64,000 bases of DNA from Azolla caroliniana (Eukaryota; Plantae; Polypodiophyta). How positions within the stretch are numbered: the stretch's first letter is position 1; each line of letters opens with the position of its first letter. The position numbers and the translations under genes are program-made. Location: contig JBHGNT010000001.1 of the NCBI GenBank assembly GCA_043228905.1, positions 30,690,001-30,754,000 of the forward strand, read 5' to 3'. The notes beneath the pieces were generated by a model. It did not search any database. It was given only the letters and a program-made list of their open reading frames with translations, and was not told where the DNA came from. Below, piece after piece: positions 12,207 to 24,530 of the stretch.

Positions 12207-15200
12207 ATGTACATAATGGAGTTTGCCAAGGCAGATGGCACAGCTCTAAGGGCAAGACACACACACTTGTGCAGTTCCCTGAGGAACAAAGTCCAAGCTT
12301 TAGAGGTAGGGTTTTCAGTTTCCAAAGTTGTGAGTGACAGAACAAACCAACTTCCTATCAGGCACTTAAGAAGTAAAAAATGCTGGTCAAGTGTCCCAGT
12401 GGCTTCAACCAATGCTCCCGAGGGTTCTTCATCTTATATACAGCAAGATGAATCTGTGTATCTCGGCCAACCAGCTAGTAAAGAGGAGGTATATAACATT
12501 CATGCAGTTCTACTCTTTGTTTTGTTGTTGTTGTTGGCATTCAGTCTCCCTTAATTTTATTAGAGATGTTATTATCTTGCATACCGACTAATGTGAGTGG
12601 GGAGGAGAACTTGGGCCATCCTATATTGTTGAACATATGCATGGGGTTAAGGGGTAACCACCAATGTAGCCAATTTATAATTAAGTGTAAGTTCCGATCA
12701 GTATTTATTATAATGGGCTCATGAAGAAATTTACTATTATATATGTGGTTGTGTAAGGCTGAGAGAAGACAAATGTTTACGAGTTCTTAACTTTGCCATT
12801 CCTAAAAGCATTATTGGAGTTTGAAAATGTGCCTTGAAGTACAAAACTGAATCCCCTGTATCAAGCTGGGTATAACACAGAAAGAGCCGCAAAAGAGGGA
12901 GTAAAAGAAAGTGTAAAATTGTTATAGATGAGATGATGTGGAGTAAGAATTTTAATAGAGTAAAAAATCATTCTGCCATTGAAAAGAGTGCACAAAATAC
13001 AAAGACAATGAGCTTTCCTGTAGTATTATAGTTATAATGAACTTTCATGTCGTATTATTGCATTGCTAAAGTAAATATTGCAATGAGAGCTGATTCAAAA
13101 GTTATCTATTAGACATCCGAGGAAGTGAACAGGTGTATCTCCAATGACCAAGCAACTTTGTTGTATTGTTCTTTTTGGCCTAGGTTCTAGTTTGCATTAA
13201 CCAACATCTAGGGTTGGGTCATGATTTATTGAATGACCCCCATTGACCCACCCCTTTTCAATGTGTAACATTGTTATGGATACTTTCTCTGTTTGTTTTC
13301 TGGTACTCCTTTATTGGATATCTCATCATTTAAATAGTAAACAGTAGATTAAACACATGAAGTTAAAATAGAAAAGTATGCTAATGTTTACTCAGCTGAA
13401 ACTGTAATGCCCATGACAGCTGGCAGCCATGCGAGAAAGTGCTATGCGCACGAGACTAATGCGCCGTCTAAGTGATGCAAACCTTTATGGGCGGCATATA
13501 CAACGACAGGTTTGCACCTTCCAATTTCAGTAGTTTAATTACTAGATTGTTGGAAGCACTAGTGCTGATGCTTATCCTTGCAAGACGTTTTAGTTCTCAT
13601 CAGCATGATCATGCTTGAGGTGTAATATCATGTGGTTTTTAAGCTAAATTTAAAATCAATTCCAGTTTAACCATTATTATCACGGTTCTTGGTTTCCATA
13701 CTGCTATGCTAGCTCTTTAATTTCATCCAATTGAATTCCTGTTCAGCTACTTGAGAAAGAAGCTGCATTATTGAAGTGTAAAAGTGAACTAGCGACAATG
13801 GAAACTGAAATAAAGGTATATTTGTTTTTCTGCTTCATTGACTTCACATCATATGCATTTATTCATTGACGCAGAAAATTGCAATGCTCTATCTTTATTT
13901 GCTATGTTGGATTAAAGTACTACTTTATATCATGAGAGGAAGCTTCTCTCCATGGAAAATCACAGTATGTTCATGACCTATATATAATCATCTTAATCAT
14001 GCAATGCTTTTATCAGAACTTAGTAGAACCACTTGATTGAACAGTATATAGTTGCACACAAAATGTTACTTCTTGATTCTAGTATCTTCAGAAATCCTAG
14101 TATATGGAAACTTCTTGATGGCTGTAGCAAACATTGTTGTTTCAATAACATTTTTGGGTTTATACATATGAGTCTCAATGCTTAATGTTGACCTATGCTC
14201 AGGGCAGCATGGTTTAAGCTTAGCTGATCCTCCCGGTCCCACTGATTTTTACTGTGTGAGACCTGAAGGGTGAATGGGTATAGTAATTCCACATGTTCAA
14301 TCAATATTGCTAGCAACTTTAGTTATGAAGTCAGAGGTCAGCAATGAGCATTGTGTTATGGCACATCTTGATTATTGTCATTAGGACATTGTATTTTTAT
14401 TCTTCGTAAGGTTTTCTCCAGTGGTGAATTTTTATCTAAATCAATGGCGAGGTTGTTGGTTTACTGCTTTTGAAAGTTCCACCAATTTCTGTTGTTCTCA
14501 TGCTTCCTCAAGCACAACAATTACTTGCACTAAACCCATTGCATTGTGAGTTATGTGAACCTCACTTGAGTTGATCTATTCTACTTTCCATAAAATATTT
14601 TGCATAGTTCATCACATGAACATTCGCCATCTTTGAAGCGGTTTTTGTGTATGATTGCATAACTTTGAAAATGTACTTTTTGGATGAGCAATGTCATCAG
14701 TCATGTATGTTGAGCAATGCCATGGTCATGTCTGTCTCATAGGTTTTGGTAACATTTCCTAGGGACACTGTCATCAGTCATGTATGTTTTGAGCAATGCC
14801 ATGATCATGTCTGTCTCATAGGTTTTGATAACATTTCCTCGAGACACTGTCATGAAATTTGACTGAAACTTTAATATAATTTTTGCATGTAGATGAGTTT
14901 GGATGAAAACAAAAGGCAAACTTGATACTATCTATTTCTGTAAAATCTCCAGAACCTGCTGCACTTGGCTCAGGAAGTCGCCAGTGAAGGGCCTAGACCA
15001 GGGTCAAGAAAAATTAACGGAAAATACATTCAGTCTCATTTCACATTGAAACTCAAAGGCAATAATTCTTTTTCAAATCTTCATAATGCTAGTAAATGCC
15101 TAGATTTTCTGCTCTAAAATTATATCCCGACCTTAAAATTTTAAACCCTCATTTTCCTTCAGAGTTGCATGAATGTGTGGCTCGACAAGTTGAAGATATT

Positions 15201-16108
15201 GATACAGTATGCTATCGTGATGTGCCACTTGTTTGGTATGGTATGGCAGAGGTAAGTGAGGTTTTTGATGCATAAGCAGACAGATAAATTTTATCTATTT
15301 TTTCTTTTAATTGGGGTTTATTCCCTAATTGAATATGGAAAAAAGTGAATTGATCACCTTTAATTCTCCAATCTCTTTTTAGGATGTGCAAGTGATGGGC
15401 TCCTTCGATGGTTGGTCTCAAGGCCAACCAATGTCTCCAGAAGCATCTAGCTATTTTACGAAATTTTCCACTACATTGAAATTACGCCCAGGACGGTAAC
15501 TGGATCTTTCTCTCATATTCTTTTCACTAATTTTTAAGTCAAGACCAAGACATTATTTGCAAAACATATTATGGTGCATTAATGGCCGCTTCTTTGGAAA
15601 TATAGTATGAAATCATCTTGAGAATGATGATAAGAATTAATATCGAGAGGGAAATCGCAAGAAACTAAAGACATTGACCAGAAACAAAAATATCATGTGA
15701 TCTTAGATAAATTAGTATAGGAGGATGGTAATGAAATATCACTCTTAAGACATGGGTAAATTTTCTTTGCAAAGAGAAAAATTAGTGCAAAAAGAAAATT
15801 GCGGTATAGCAGTAAATATTGACAAGAACTATCAAATATAATGTGATGTGAGATTAATTAGAATTTGTGGGGCTGATGAAAGATTGCAATGTGAAATACT
15901 AAATGTTTTTTAGTTGCAAGACTTTGTATGTTGCCAAAAGAGTATTTCAAAAACATTACATTTCACCTCTCCAATGCTGATGAAAAAATGGTCTTTCAAA
16001 TATAGGTATCAGATCAAGTTCATGGTGGATGGAGAATGGAAGATCTCCCCTGACCTGGCACAAGTTGGTGAAGGCATGACTATAAACAATTTGCTGGTGG
16101 TCACATAA
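12207..16108 (+). CDS. PTST1: PROTEIN TARGETING TO STARCH 1-like (coiled coil + CBM48); exons ~12207-12488, 13420-13509, 13747-13815, 14953-15058, 15163-15251, 15383-15495, 16006-16108; possible upstream exon ending at 10117
   Basis: Spliced translation gives RLSDANLYGRHIQRQL, GSRKINGKYIQSH, VPLVWYGMAEDVQVMGSFDGWSQG, LKLRPGRYQIKFMVDGEWKISP and INNLLVV, matching remembered PTST1. The 5' end and start codon are uncertain. Confidence 0.85.
14692..14853. repeat. Recent ~78-bp tandem duplication in a PTST1 intron
   Basis: Two near-identical copies of tgtcatcagtcatgtatgtt...gagcaatgccatg.tcatgtctgtctcataggttttg.taacatttcct...gacac. Confidence 0.9.
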
Positions 16109-16399
16109 AACTTTCTTCCATTAGCTACCTATATGGGATGGTTTTCTCATTGTAACATCATTACCTTAATTTATACAATCATTCCTTTTTGTATTTTATG
16201 ATAGAGAAAACTTTTCTCTTTAGAGAATCAATTTCTAAGATGGTCATGGTTATGCATTTTCTCTCAATGCTTTTACACCCAACAATTTTAAATACAACTA
16301 AAAAGTGATCAATAGTTTACATCTTTAGCAAGTTAATTTACTTGGACATGGAAAAGATGCAGCTTTTACATCCTTTTATGCTCTTATTACATAATAGAA

Positions 16400-16680
16400 T
16401 TTATATATCCTCGTGTATCCACGATGTATGGTTATGATGAAACTAAGAAGATGGCTTGGTCATACTATAACTCAATAGATACCTTCTTTTGACATTCTTC
16501 TAGTATAAACCACAAATAATAATGACATATCCTCTTGTATCAACAATATTTGTAATTCTAAAACATAGAAGAAGGTTTGATATTACGAGGATCCATTGCC
16601 ATGCTACCATATTTTTTTCATTCTTCTATTATGCTCCATGAAAAATATGGCATATCCTCTTACACCACCAACATTTGTGT
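16400..16680. repeat. Diverged ~125-bp tandem repeat (about 2.5 copies)
   Basis: Recurring atatcctc.tgtatc.ac.at ... agaagaaggtttg ... cattcttcta blocks. Confidence 0.5.
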
Positions 16681-16814
16681 CAAAGTGTTTTCTTTGTAAT
16701 CATTGGGTGTTGATATGGGCTTTGAATCATCCTTAAGAGATTGTCATTTGCATGTGGGCGATTGCCAATGTTGGGCTTCCATTTGGATGGTTTCTTGAGA
16801 GGCTTAACAGTTGA

Positions 16815-17590
16815 GGACATCAAGTGTGTATCAAACATTTGATATGAACACGAGAGATTTGAGTAGACAAAATCAACGAGTATATGGTGGTCATTGAATG
16901 TGAAATCCAACTTGTGTGATTGAGATATGAGACAATTGGTCCAATGCAATCAATGAGTATGCAACAACTATTGCTTGCCAATCCATGCAATGTAGAGATG
17001 AGACATGTGATATAGTAATTCAATGGGTACACATGGAGGAAGAGGGGGGGAAACAAGGAAACTCATTCGCATCAATATATAAATGATTAGGGTGAAATTT
17101 ATAGCCCTAATAAAGTATTGCTAAATCCTTTCAAACATTCACAATGTTTATATTTTGCGGGGGGAAATTGAGGAACCTTTAAAAAATGTTGGTGATAAAA
17201 AAAAGGAGCCAAAGGTTTCCAAGATCTAGGGAGAGAAGTTGATAGTCTCACTTTTGCGCCGATGGAGTTAAGGCATCAATTTGATTTCGAGAAACTCAAT
17301 GGGTACACAAAGTGACCATTGAGCGTGAATCTAACTTGGGATTTAGAGATGAGAACTGATCTGATGGGAGTGGAGAAATGCAGCGGTTGGAAGTCATGGA
17401 GTGTGAATCCAACCTGCGATACTAAAAATGAGATATCGAAACAATCAAACAAACTCAATTGGTACAATCAAGTGTGAATCCAAATTTAGATACGGAGAGT
17501 GCGCTGTTTATTTCTTGGGATAAACATAGATCTGATCGGACAAACAGGAAGTGTACCATTTGACTGCGAAATTCGAATCCAATCGAAGTG
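16815..17590. repeat. Degenerate ~75-bp tandem repeat upstream of the first PPR gene, interrupted around 17040-17270
   Basis: Recurring aactcaatgggtac and gagtgtgaatccaact...gagatgaga motifs. Confidence 0.55.
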
Positions 17591-17686
17591 TAATAAGTAA
17601 GGCAAAGGCTGCTATCTATACCACGTATCCCCTCCGTGGATTGAAGGAGGAAGGTTCTAACCTCAAGAAATGACCATCTTCATGCA

Positions 17687-20014
17687 ATGGCGAGCATGTC
17701 ATGGTGCCATTCTGCTCCTCCTTCCATGAAGGATCTCATCCTTACTTCTCAAGAGTGTAGAAACAGTGGTAACCTTTCAGACGCCAGAAGAGTATATATG
17801 CAGGTATGTGGTAAGGGTATGGAATGTCTACCACGTCTTGGAACGTTTCTTATCCCTATGTTCATAGAATGTGGAAGCACCCATGATGCTGTCCATGTGT
17901 TTCATAAGCTAAACGAGAGAAACGAGCTGCAATGGACCTCCCTTATACAAGGATTTGCTCAGTTGGGAGATCTTGATGCCTCTTGTACCATGTTTAAAAA
18001 CATGTTGGATGATGAAAAAGTGTCTTATAGTAGTAACTCAACCTTATTTTGCTTGCTAAAAGCTTGTTCGAGATTGAAATGCTTGGAAAAAGGGTTTGAA
18101 ATCCATACTGAGATCATTGTGGAAGGGTTTGAGATAGATAGATATGTAGTAAGCACTTTGATGGATTTGTATGGGAAATGTGGTTGTTTTGTAGAAGCAC
18201 AAGAGGTTTTTGATGAGCTTCCAGATCGTAATGTTGTTTCTTGGAATGTATTAATAGGAAGTTGTCTCGAGTTTGAATTCTCTCGGGAAGCTTTGAATTG
18301 TATTGAACTCATGTACCTGGAGGGCATCTCTCCCAATGAAGTGACACTTTTTTACTCTATGAAGGGTTGTAGCAAAGTGTTGGATGTGAGCAAAGGCAAA
18401 GAGTTGCACTGCTAGGCTATTAAGAAAGGTTATGAGAATGATCCTTTGATAAGCAATGGTCTGGTTGATATGTATGCTAAATTCGGTTTATTTGAAGAGG
18501 CATGGGAAGTGTTGATAGAGCTTCAGGTGCAAGATGTAGCTTCTTGGACATCATTGCTAGCAGGATATGTGGAACGTGGGCATCATGAGTATGTGCTTCA
18601 TTGCTTGGAAGAGATGAGACGAAGAGGCATATCTCCAGATGCCTTTACCTATGCTTGTGTCTTAAGAGCTTGTGGTAACATAGGAGAAATAGCCAAGGGT
18701 CATGAGGTACATGGTTTGATACTCAAATTAGCACTCGAAAAGAATGCCTTTGTTTGTAGCTCTTTAGTGGAAATGTATGGAAATCTTGATTTTATTCCAG
18801 AATCACAGCAAATATTGAATAAACTACAGACTAGGGATGTGGTTTCATGGAACACATTGATTGGATCATATGTGGACCAAGGACTTTGTGAAGATGCATT
18901 GAAGTGCTTTGAAATAATGCAGATTAAGGGTGTGTCTTCAGACGCGGTTACATATGTATGTTGTTTGCAAGCATGTATTCATATAGATGGCATTAGAAGA
19001 GGACAAGAATTACATTCCGAGATCTTACAAAAAGGATTTGAGGGAAACCCTAAGGTTGGAAACACATTGGTGGACATGTATGCAAAGTATGGTCAGATAG
19101 CTGAAGCAGAAAGAGTTTTTGATACACTATCGAGAAAAGATGTAGTCACTTGGACTGCATTGATGGCCGGATATAACGAGAATAGGGACATGGAACAAAC
19201 CTTGCACTGTTTTGATCATATGTTATTGAATGGTGTGTCCCCGAATGTTGTTTCATGGAACACATTGATAGAGTGTTATGCAGATAAAGGAGATTTGGAG
19301 AAGGTTATTGAATTGTACCAACAGATGCAGGAACAAGGTTTGATTCCTAATGAAGTCACCTTTTCAAGCATAGTGAGGGGGTGTGGCAATACGTCATTAG
19401 CCATTCAAACAGGGCAAAAGGTTCATGCTCAAGTCTTAGGTGTAGGGAAAGTCGAAGGAAGCATGGGAAAAGCTCTTGTTGATATGTATGGTAAATTTGG
19501 AAGCATGATTGATGCTGAGAATGTGTTTAATGCATTGCATATTAAAAATTGCTTTGCATGGACTGCGCTAGTCATGGGTTATGCTCGCAAAGGAGAGGTT
19601 AAGCTTCTTTTTGAGTCATTAGAGGAGATGAATAGGGCAGGAATTGAGCCAGATGAGATCACATTTATCAGTATTCTAACTGTCTGCAGTCATACTGGTC
19701 TTCTGAATGTGGGACAAACCTATTTTGAGGTCATGAACTCAAAATTTGGCATATCTCCAAATATTGAACATTATAACTGCATGGCCGATCTACTTAGCCG
19801 ATCAGGTAAGGTGCGAGAGGCTGTGGCATTGCTGGAAAAACTAGAAATAGGACCTGACTTTGTGATGTGGAATACTATGTTGGGTGCATGTAGACACACT
19901 CAAGGCCATTCTGTGGTTGGTAGATTTGCCTTTGAATTATCAGTGGAATTAAATGTAGAGCATAGTGCAGCATATGCTTTGATGATGAACACATTCATGT
20001 GGGAAGATGTGTAA
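17687..20014 (+). pseudogene. Intronless PLS-class PPR gene with partial E domain, interrupted by one in-frame TAG (18413-18415)
   Basis: ORFs 17687-18415 and 18446-20014 share one frame (ELHC*AIKKGYENDPLISNGLVDMYAK). Repeated motifs LVDMYxKxG, VVSWNxLI and PDxVTF; ends VCSHTG...EHYNCMADLLSRSG...SAAYALMMN with no DYW domain. Confidence 0.85.
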
Positions 20015-22439
20015 CAATGACAATGATTTATCTTGACATTCTATGAAATTACAAAATATTTATGGAGTTCAGCCTGCCTATGCTTGGCACAAATGGCAAC
20101 GTGGCCCACTATTAAGATGGAAGCCAAGTGAGAACATTGTTCGGCTTGTCACTACAGATGTCATTTGATAGTGATCACATTATAAGTCCAGCACCCTATA
20201 CTCACAGAGTACAAGTCATTTATGGGTAATTTGATCTTAATGGAATGGAAGGTTTGCTCTACGCACAGAGTAGAAGTCACTATATCCATTGGTGCATGAA
20301 TATATCTCTATATGCATTTCAAATATCGAATGAAAAAGCCTCAACTGCAACAAAGTACATCGTGTCTTGAATTTGATCCACAATATGTTGGACTGGAACA
20401 AATGACCTCACGTATTTAGTTTTCCAAGGATTAATACTCAAAGATACAAATACACACGATGGACATGAACTGTTGAAGAGATACTTGACAATAACTTCCT
20501 TAAGTTGATCCAATGCCATAATCAATTCTTTGGAGCTTATATTCTCCTCTTTCAATGTCTTATCTACTGGGAACATCCACATCTGTCTTAGGTCAAGGAG
20601 GGCTTAATTGAAACCTCTGCTGTCAAAATAAAATGACATTATTCTAAGGAATAAGTCCTTGTACAGACACGGTCTTGAGTAATGACACATCATCAACAAC
20701 TGGAATTTCAATACTCCAACTTTTATACATCCGAAGGTGCGAAGGCAAACATGTGGAGTCTACATTAGACATACATAATGCGTTTGGGGACAAATGGCTC
20801 TTTTGGATTAGAAATAGATTAAAATTTAGATGATGCTTTGAAACACGTCTTGCTTTATGGCTAATCAAAGGGAGGTGCAACATGCAACATGAAGGGCAAG
20901 TTTTTGAGATCCTATGAGTAAATTTAATGCTTGTTTCATGGTTCACAAATCTCATGCAAAAATGGTTTCAAGCGGGAATGCATCCCGTGTTCCTAACTAC
21001 CAATTCGTCAGCATGTGCCGATTGCATACAAACATGAAGAGAGTCACTACGGTAATATGGCCTTTAATTACATATTGAATACTTGGAAATGAGATGAATG
21101 GACTTGACAATCATCTTTCCAAGAAGCAAATACTATGAAGTTTGATGCTTTGGACATAAGGGAGCCTGTAATTCTTAACATACCTCGACACAAATAAGAT
21201 GAAGTTTATTAAAACTTGATAGCAATTAGTATGCAAGAATCAAACATGAGACTTTTTTTGCCATGAACGCTTGGGTCAAGGGGTCTTAATAGTACGCATG
21301 TCCATGATGTGATATCTGGCATTGTTTAAGAGATTTGAAAAGTGAATGTATTTGTTTTTGATAGAAATAGTACAAAATGTACAAAACCATCCTTATTGCA
21401 CAAGTGTTAGGAAGATGTAAAACAAGCCAGATATGTTATTCGCTTGGCTAATTATGGTCCTGAAGGTTTTGATTGAATCCACTAAGGCTTTATTTGGGTT
21501 TATGAAAGTAAAAAAAATGTTTTCTTTTTTAATCAAGGGTATGTTGTTTCATTGAAGTTGTCATTGAAATCAATCTATCATAAGCAAAAAATGTACTTGG
21601 GGCACACATAGTTGCAAACTAGAATGTCATGGTTCCCCATCAATCATTTAAATATCATTTATATTCTAGTATAGATGTCTATTTAAGAGGCATTATTGAA
21701 ATTCTGGTCTCTTATTCATGGGGCACTTTTGTTACTCTCTCCATTTAAAAACCCTTTAAATATAGTTTTCATTTACTAGTCCATATATTGTAGGATGTAG
21801 CTCCATTTAAGGAAATTCTAGGCTTGCCTCTTGTATGAGGGGCATTAGGTATTATTGATATTCAACTACATTTGTGGATACTTTTGCGGAACTGTTGTTC
21901 ATATCTTGTTTGCAAACAATCGATACGTATGGTACATACTATCAAATGTGACAATTGTTGTTGATATTTATGACGAATATTGTTGGTTCTTATTGTACAT
22001 ACTACCCGATAGAGGGGTGGTGTTGATATTATCTCGTATATGAGAGGTAATTGACGTTTTTCCAACATTTTCCATTTTGTATATATACCACACAATGTGA
22101 AGAGTACAAATTTCTCGCAAGTAACTTTGGGAGGAACTTTCTATAATGAAAAATTAACTATGTGTGAGAGGTATTGTCAATAACTTGGGAGTATAGAACC
22201 AATATAATCAATATGTATCGCCAAACGTGAAGGGTATCGTTGATATTTTCCAAATGTAGAAAATCTAAGGTCTATATCACCAAATAGGAAGGGTATTTAA
22301 GGAAATAAAATTTTGCATACTAAAGAGCTCTGCTACAACAACATTAATCATCGGAATGGAGGAAAACAGGTGTTTTCGCGTTGCCTTTTGTATGCATTGT
22401 GCATCTGGACATTAGTTCGTTAAGGGGGAAGCACAATCC

Positions 22440-24530
22440 ATGGCGTCTTCCTCACAAATTGGACTGTGGAATTCAACCATCAGAACATATCTTAGACAAA
22501 AGCAAACTTACTTAGCTTTGCAAAGCTTCCATCAAATGCTTCAAGAATCAGTTCTTGGGGATATGGATATGTTCATAAGTTTACTCTCTGCATGTGCAAA
22601 CATGAATGACATTAACCTTGGCAAGAAAACTCATGCTTGTATGTGTTTTGTTAATAATGCACTCAAGGATACAAGGGTAGGAAATGCTCTTGTTAACATG
22701 TACGGAAAATGCGGTAGCATTGAAGATGCTCTCCACATCTTTGATATAATGCAACAAAGAGATTTAATCTCATGGTCTGCGATGGTATCAGTTTATGCTA
22801 AACATGGACATGATAAAGCATCATTTCATATGTTTAGAAATATGCAAGAAGAAGGTATACTACCGAATCGGGTTACTTTTATAAGTGTTTTGTCTGCTTG
22901 CGCTCATTCTTCAGCTATAGTGGAAGGTAAAAGAATTCATTCCCGAATTATTCAATGTGGTGGTGATGTGGTTCTTGAAACTGCCCTTGTCAACTTCTAT
23001 GGTAAATGTGGTAAATTGAATGATGCACAAGATGTTTTTGATAAGATGACTAATCAAGATGTAGTTGCGTGGAATGCCATTATAACAGTGTCAGTTCATG
23101 ATAGTCAAGGCCAATTAGTATTTCACCTGTTTAATCAAATGCAATCAGAAGGTTTTAGACCTGATAGGGTGACCTTTACAAGCATGATCGATGCATGTGC
23201 CAACCATTTGCTTTTTGGAGAAGGTATGCATTTACATGCCTACATAATGGAAGAGGGATTTGATAAGGATATTGTGGTAGCAACAGGGCTGTTTGACATG
23301 TATGGTAGATGTGGTAGTATTGAGGATTCTCGTAAGGTATTTGAAGAAATGCCAAATCGTAATGTTATCACATGGAATGCCTTGATTGCTGTTTATGGAC
23401 AACATGGCCTGGGGAAGGAAGCTATTCACATTTTCACTGCAATGGAAGAAGAAGGCACGGTTACTGACAGTATCACTTTTATAAGCATTGTTGATGCATG
23501 TGCGAGTCTTTCAACACCATTGGAAGGTCAGCGTATGCATTCTTATACAATCACGAAGGGTTTTGATTCCGAACGTGTCATTGGAAATGCATTGATCAAT
23601 ATGTATGGGAAGCACAACAGACTAGATGAGGCTCAATATGTTTTCAACAAAATGCTAGAGTGGGATGTTGTTACTTGGACTTCTATGATCACAATTTATT
23701 CTCAAGAAGGGCGAAGCCGTGAAGCACTTCAAATCTTTGAAAAAATGCGTGATGCAAATGTAAAAGCAGACAAAGTTGCTTTTATAAGTGGTCTTGCTGC
23801 ATGCACAACTCATATGGCAATGGCAGATGGTAAGCAAATGCACGCTTATATCGATGATAGTGGAATTGAGATGGATATTAACATGGGGAATGCCCTTGTC
23901 ACTATGTATGCAAAATGTGGTAATGTAGATGCTGCACTTGGAATCTTCAATGAAATGCCAAATCAGGATTTAATTTCATGGAATGCTGTAATAACTGCAT
24001 TTGCTCAGCATGGTTTGGGGAAAGAAGCTATCCAATTCTGCCAGAGAATGCACACAAAAGGCTTTTCACCAACTAAAGTTACATTTGTGGGTGTCCTTAC
24101 TGCATGCAGTCATGCTGGATTGATTGATGAAGGTTGTTGTTTTTTTAAATGTATGGATGATTATAAGGGTATAGAGCTTGATGTAGATCATCAGGATTGC
24201 ATGATTGACTTGTTTGGACGATCCGGATGCTTAATAGAGTCTGAAATATTGGTACATAAAATGCCATTTCAGCCAACAGTTCTGTCTTGTTTAGCTTTGC
24301 TCGGATCTTGCAAACTTGTTTCCGATGTGAATAGAGGAGAATGCATAGCTCGGATGCTATATGAGTTGGACCCTAGTAATGCGGCTCCTTATGTGATGCT
24401 GTCAAATATTTATGTTGCAGCTGGCAAGGAGGCTAATTTAAATGAATTACTAGATATGATTGATGTATTTGACTTGAGGCAGCAATTTGATATTCTTGAT
24501 TGGGAGTTGCAAACACCAGTTTTTATCTAA
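22440..24530 (+). CDS. Intronless PLS-E class pentatricopeptide repeat protein (696 aa)
   Basis: P-L-S triplets (GNALVNMYGKCG, DLISWSAM, PNRVTFISVLSAC); E-domain start MPFQP...AAPYVMLSNIY; no DYW deaminase. Confidence 0.93.
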   Translation: MASSSQIGLWNSTIRTYLRQKQTYLALQSFHQMLQESVLGDMDMFISLLSACANMNDINLGKKTHACMCFVNNALKDTRVGNALVNMYGKCGSIEDALHIFDIMQQRDLISWSAMVSVYAKHGHDKASFHMFRNMQEEGILPNRVTFISVLSACAHSSAIVEGKRIHSRIIQCGGDVVLETALVNFYGKCGKLNDAQDVFDKMTNQDVVAWNAIITVSVHDSQGQLVFHLFNQMQSEGFRPDRVTFTSMIDACANHLLFGEGMHLHAYIMEEGFDKDIVVATGLFDMYGRCGSIEDSRKVFEEMPNRNVITWNALIAVYGQHGLGKEAIHIFTAMEEEGTVTDSITFISIVDACASLSTPLEGQRMHSYTITKGFDSERVIGNALINMYGKHNRLDEAQYVFNKMLEWDVVTWTSMITIYSQEGRSREALQIFEKMRDANVKADKVAFISGLAACTTHMAMADGKQMHAYIDDSGIEMDINMGNALVTMYAKCGNVDAALGIFNEMPNQDLISWNAVITAFAQHGLGKEAIQFCQRMHTKGFSPTKVTFVGVLTACSHAGLIDEGCCFFKCMDDYKGIELDVDHQDCMIDLFGRSGCLIESEILVHKMPFQPTVLSCLALLGSCKLVSDVNRGECIARMLYELDPSNAAPYVMLSNIYVAAGKEANLNELLDMIDVFDLRQQFDILDWELQTPVFI

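Noticed and set aside
13211-13254. Short inverted repeat GGGTTGGGTCA...TGACCCACCCC in a PTST1 intron
   Set aside because: Too short for a miRNA precursor and no TSD evident for a MITE call.
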